DNA of 64,000 nucleotides from Spirulina sp. (GTDB lineage Bacteria; Cyanobacteriota; Cyanobacteriia; Phormidesmidales; Phormidesmidaceae): NCBI GenBank assembly GCA_044070495.1, contig JBIPSI010000019.1, positions 32,001 to 96,000 of the forward strand, read 5' to 3'. Shown piece by piece: positions 62,449 to 64,000 of this stretch (position 1 is its first letter; each line of letters starts with the position of its first letter). The notes under the pieces were generated by a model. It saw only the letters and a program-made list of their open reading frames with translations, ran no database searches and was not told where the DNA came from. The position numbers and the translations under genes were made by a program.

Positions 62449-62784
62449 ATGGCCAAATCGTCGCCGTCTTTGGTGGGCACCTGGCACATCTATGAGATGG
62501 ATCTTTGGGATGAGGACTATTTCAATATGGAGGTACAGGCTTACATTACGGTGAACCCCCAGGCCACGGGGGAGTTTCAGTTTGGCTTGGTGTCTGGGGG
62601 TTTGGATGGAGAGTTTGGCCGCCAGGAGGGCCAAGAACGGCTAGATTTTACCTGGGACGGAAATGACGAGTGTGATGAAGCCTCTGGGAGCGGCTGGCTG
62701 GTGCTGAAGTCGGCGGATGAGGCGGAGGGGAGTATTAAGCTCCATGGGGGAGATCGGTCTGGGTTTTTGGCACGGAGGGCGTGA
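62449..62784 (+). CDS. Hypothetical beta-rich acidic protein
   Basis: 111 aa, GGAG RBS, GEFQFGLVSG...FTWDGNDE. Confidence 0.75.
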   Translation: MAKSSPSLVGTWHIYEMDLWDEDYFNMEVQAYITVNPQATGEFQFGLVSGGLDGEFGRQEGQERLDFTWDGNDECDEASGSGWLVLKSADEAEGSIKLHGGDRSGFLARRA

Positions 62785-63017
62785 GGATGCGGAGGGCGTT
62801 TGAGATTGTGACGCGGGATGAGGCGGCGGCGGAACAGTTTATGGCGGCGGTGCAGGCGGAGGATGTGAGCATTGAGGACTGGAGCGGGGTTTGGCCAGGG
62901 CCGGAGTATGAGAGCTATGTGTGTAGCTTTGGCCTGACGCCCCACAGCAAGCGCCAGCTAGACCGTACGGCGGATGCCATGGGGGTTTCGTTGATTTATG
63001 TAAAGATTGAGCCTTAG
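62781..63017 (+). CDS. Small hypothetical protein
   Basis: GTGA overlap with the upstream gene (alternative ATG at 62787). Confidence 0.55.
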   Translation: MRMRRAFEIVTRDEAAAEQFMAAVQAEDVSIEDWSGVWPGPEYESYVCSFGLTPHSKRQLDRTADAMGVSLIYVKIEP

Positions 63018-63165
63018 GCGAGTTGGCTGGGTAACCTAGGCATAGCACTTTACGGAACCGGGATAACGGTCTGTAAAGAAGGTTGGTTTGGTCGTTAAGG
63101 TCTCTGCCAAGGTTTTGGAACTTGGCTACACTGCAAAAAACAACGGCTAGGACAAGGGAGCCTGC

Positions 63166-64000
63166 GTGAGCCTGAAGGATCTTCGCATTCAGGACGAGTA
63201 TCGCAGTAGCGAGTGCAATATCGTCAAGGATTTTTACATTCCGTGCCTGGAGCAGGCCACGGGCTATAGTCGGGCGGTGGGCTATTTTTCTAGCTCATCG
63301 ATGGCCTGTGTAGCCCAGGGTCTAACGGCGTTTATTCGCTCTGGGGGACGGATGCGTTTGATCACTTCTCCCCAGCTATCTGAGGAAGATGTGCAGGCGA
63401 TTGAGCAGGGGCTACAGCAGCGGGAACAGGTGGTTGAGGCGGCGTTGCGGCGAGAACTGGAGGCTGAGCTACCCCAGGTGATCCAAGACCGTTTGGCGGC
63501 GTTGGCCTGGTTGCTGGGCCAAGGGCTTTTGGAGATTAAGCTGGCGGTGCCTAGGACGTTGCGACGGCGGGGGATTTATCACGAAAAGCTGGGGGTGTTT
63601 ACGGACGCAGACGGTCATGTGGTGGCGTTTACCGGGTCGGCCAATGAAAGCGCCAGTGCGTTGATTGATAATTTTGAATGCCTGGATGTCTTTAGTTCTT
63701 GGGATGAGGGGGTGCGGCGGCGGGCGTTGCAGAAGGCCCAAAATTTTGAGGCGTTGTGGAATGACCAGACCAAGAATGTAGAGGTGATGGCGTTTCCTGA
63801 TGCGGTGGCGAGGTCGTTACTTCAGTTTTGCCCAACCCAAGCCCCAACCCAAGAACCTAGGGTTTCTGCGCTAGACGAACACTATGACCTGGAAAACTCG
63901 CCACCGGAGTCTCCGCCCCCTGGAATTCCGGCAAGCCCATTTTGGCTGACACTTCGACCCTACCAGCAGCAGGCCATTGATAACTGGTTTGCTAACAAGG
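63166..64000 (+). CDS. PLD-nuclease plus SF2 helicase (restriction-type) protein, 3'-truncated by window edge
   Basis: GTG start, MSLKDLRIQDEYRS...FYIPCL...RAVGYFSS; PLD motif IYHEKLGVF...FTGSANES; Q-motif LRPYQQQAI; open to the window end (absent from the ORF track). Confidence 0.88.
   Translation, partial: MSLKDLRIQDEYRSSECNIVKDFYIPCLEQATGYSRAVGYFSSSSMACVAQGLTAFIRSGGRMRLITSPQLSEEDVQAIEQGLQQREQVVEAALRRELEAELPQVIQDRLAALAWLLGQGLLEIKLAVPRTLRRRGIYHEKLGVFTDADGHVVAFTGSANESASALIDNFECLDVFSSWDEGVRRRALQKAQNFEALWNDQTKNVEVMAFPDAVARSLLQFCPTQAPTQEPRVSALDEHYDLENSPPESPPPGIPASPFWLTLRPYQQQAIDNWFANK

Overview
A 64-kb chromosomal segment from a GC-rich cyanobacterium, identified by GUN4, PetL, the bifunctional FBP/SBPase, Uma2 and XisI genes. 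A Nodosilinea/Leptolyngbya-like filamentous lineage is my inference. Most of the window is core genes: uvrB, gun4, minDE, guaA, sat, ArsA/Get3, petL, a polysaccharide cluster, grxD-bolA, hemA, glpX and a CHASE2 adenylate cyclase. There are three accessory zones. (1) At 4.0-10.0 kb is a cassette-like array with no integrase: TA modules, xisI, an XRE/inverted-repeat module, two AT-rich orphan membrane genes and a GGDEF gene, punctuated by 133-bp GTAG-type REP doublets (REPIN-like). These doublets recur at the same truncated-vapC junction. (2) At 26.0-28.9 kb is an islet bounded by a diverged duplicate of the host gene's 3' end, carrying a DNA-methyltransferase remnant and a DUF4157 (eCIS-core) protein with an AT-rich C-terminal zinc-protease-like domain. 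(3) At 61.8-64 kb is the start of a probable defence island with a PLD plus SF2-helicase gene. The window also has MITEs (one nested, with a 10-bp TSD), a nonsense-interrupted CDP-alcohol phosphatidyltransferase, a catalytically altered caspase homologue with a Tat motif, and a 1230-aa membrane protein with two putative catalytic domains. I saw no rRNA, tRNA or CRISPR array. All family assignments come from motif recognition by eye, not database searches.
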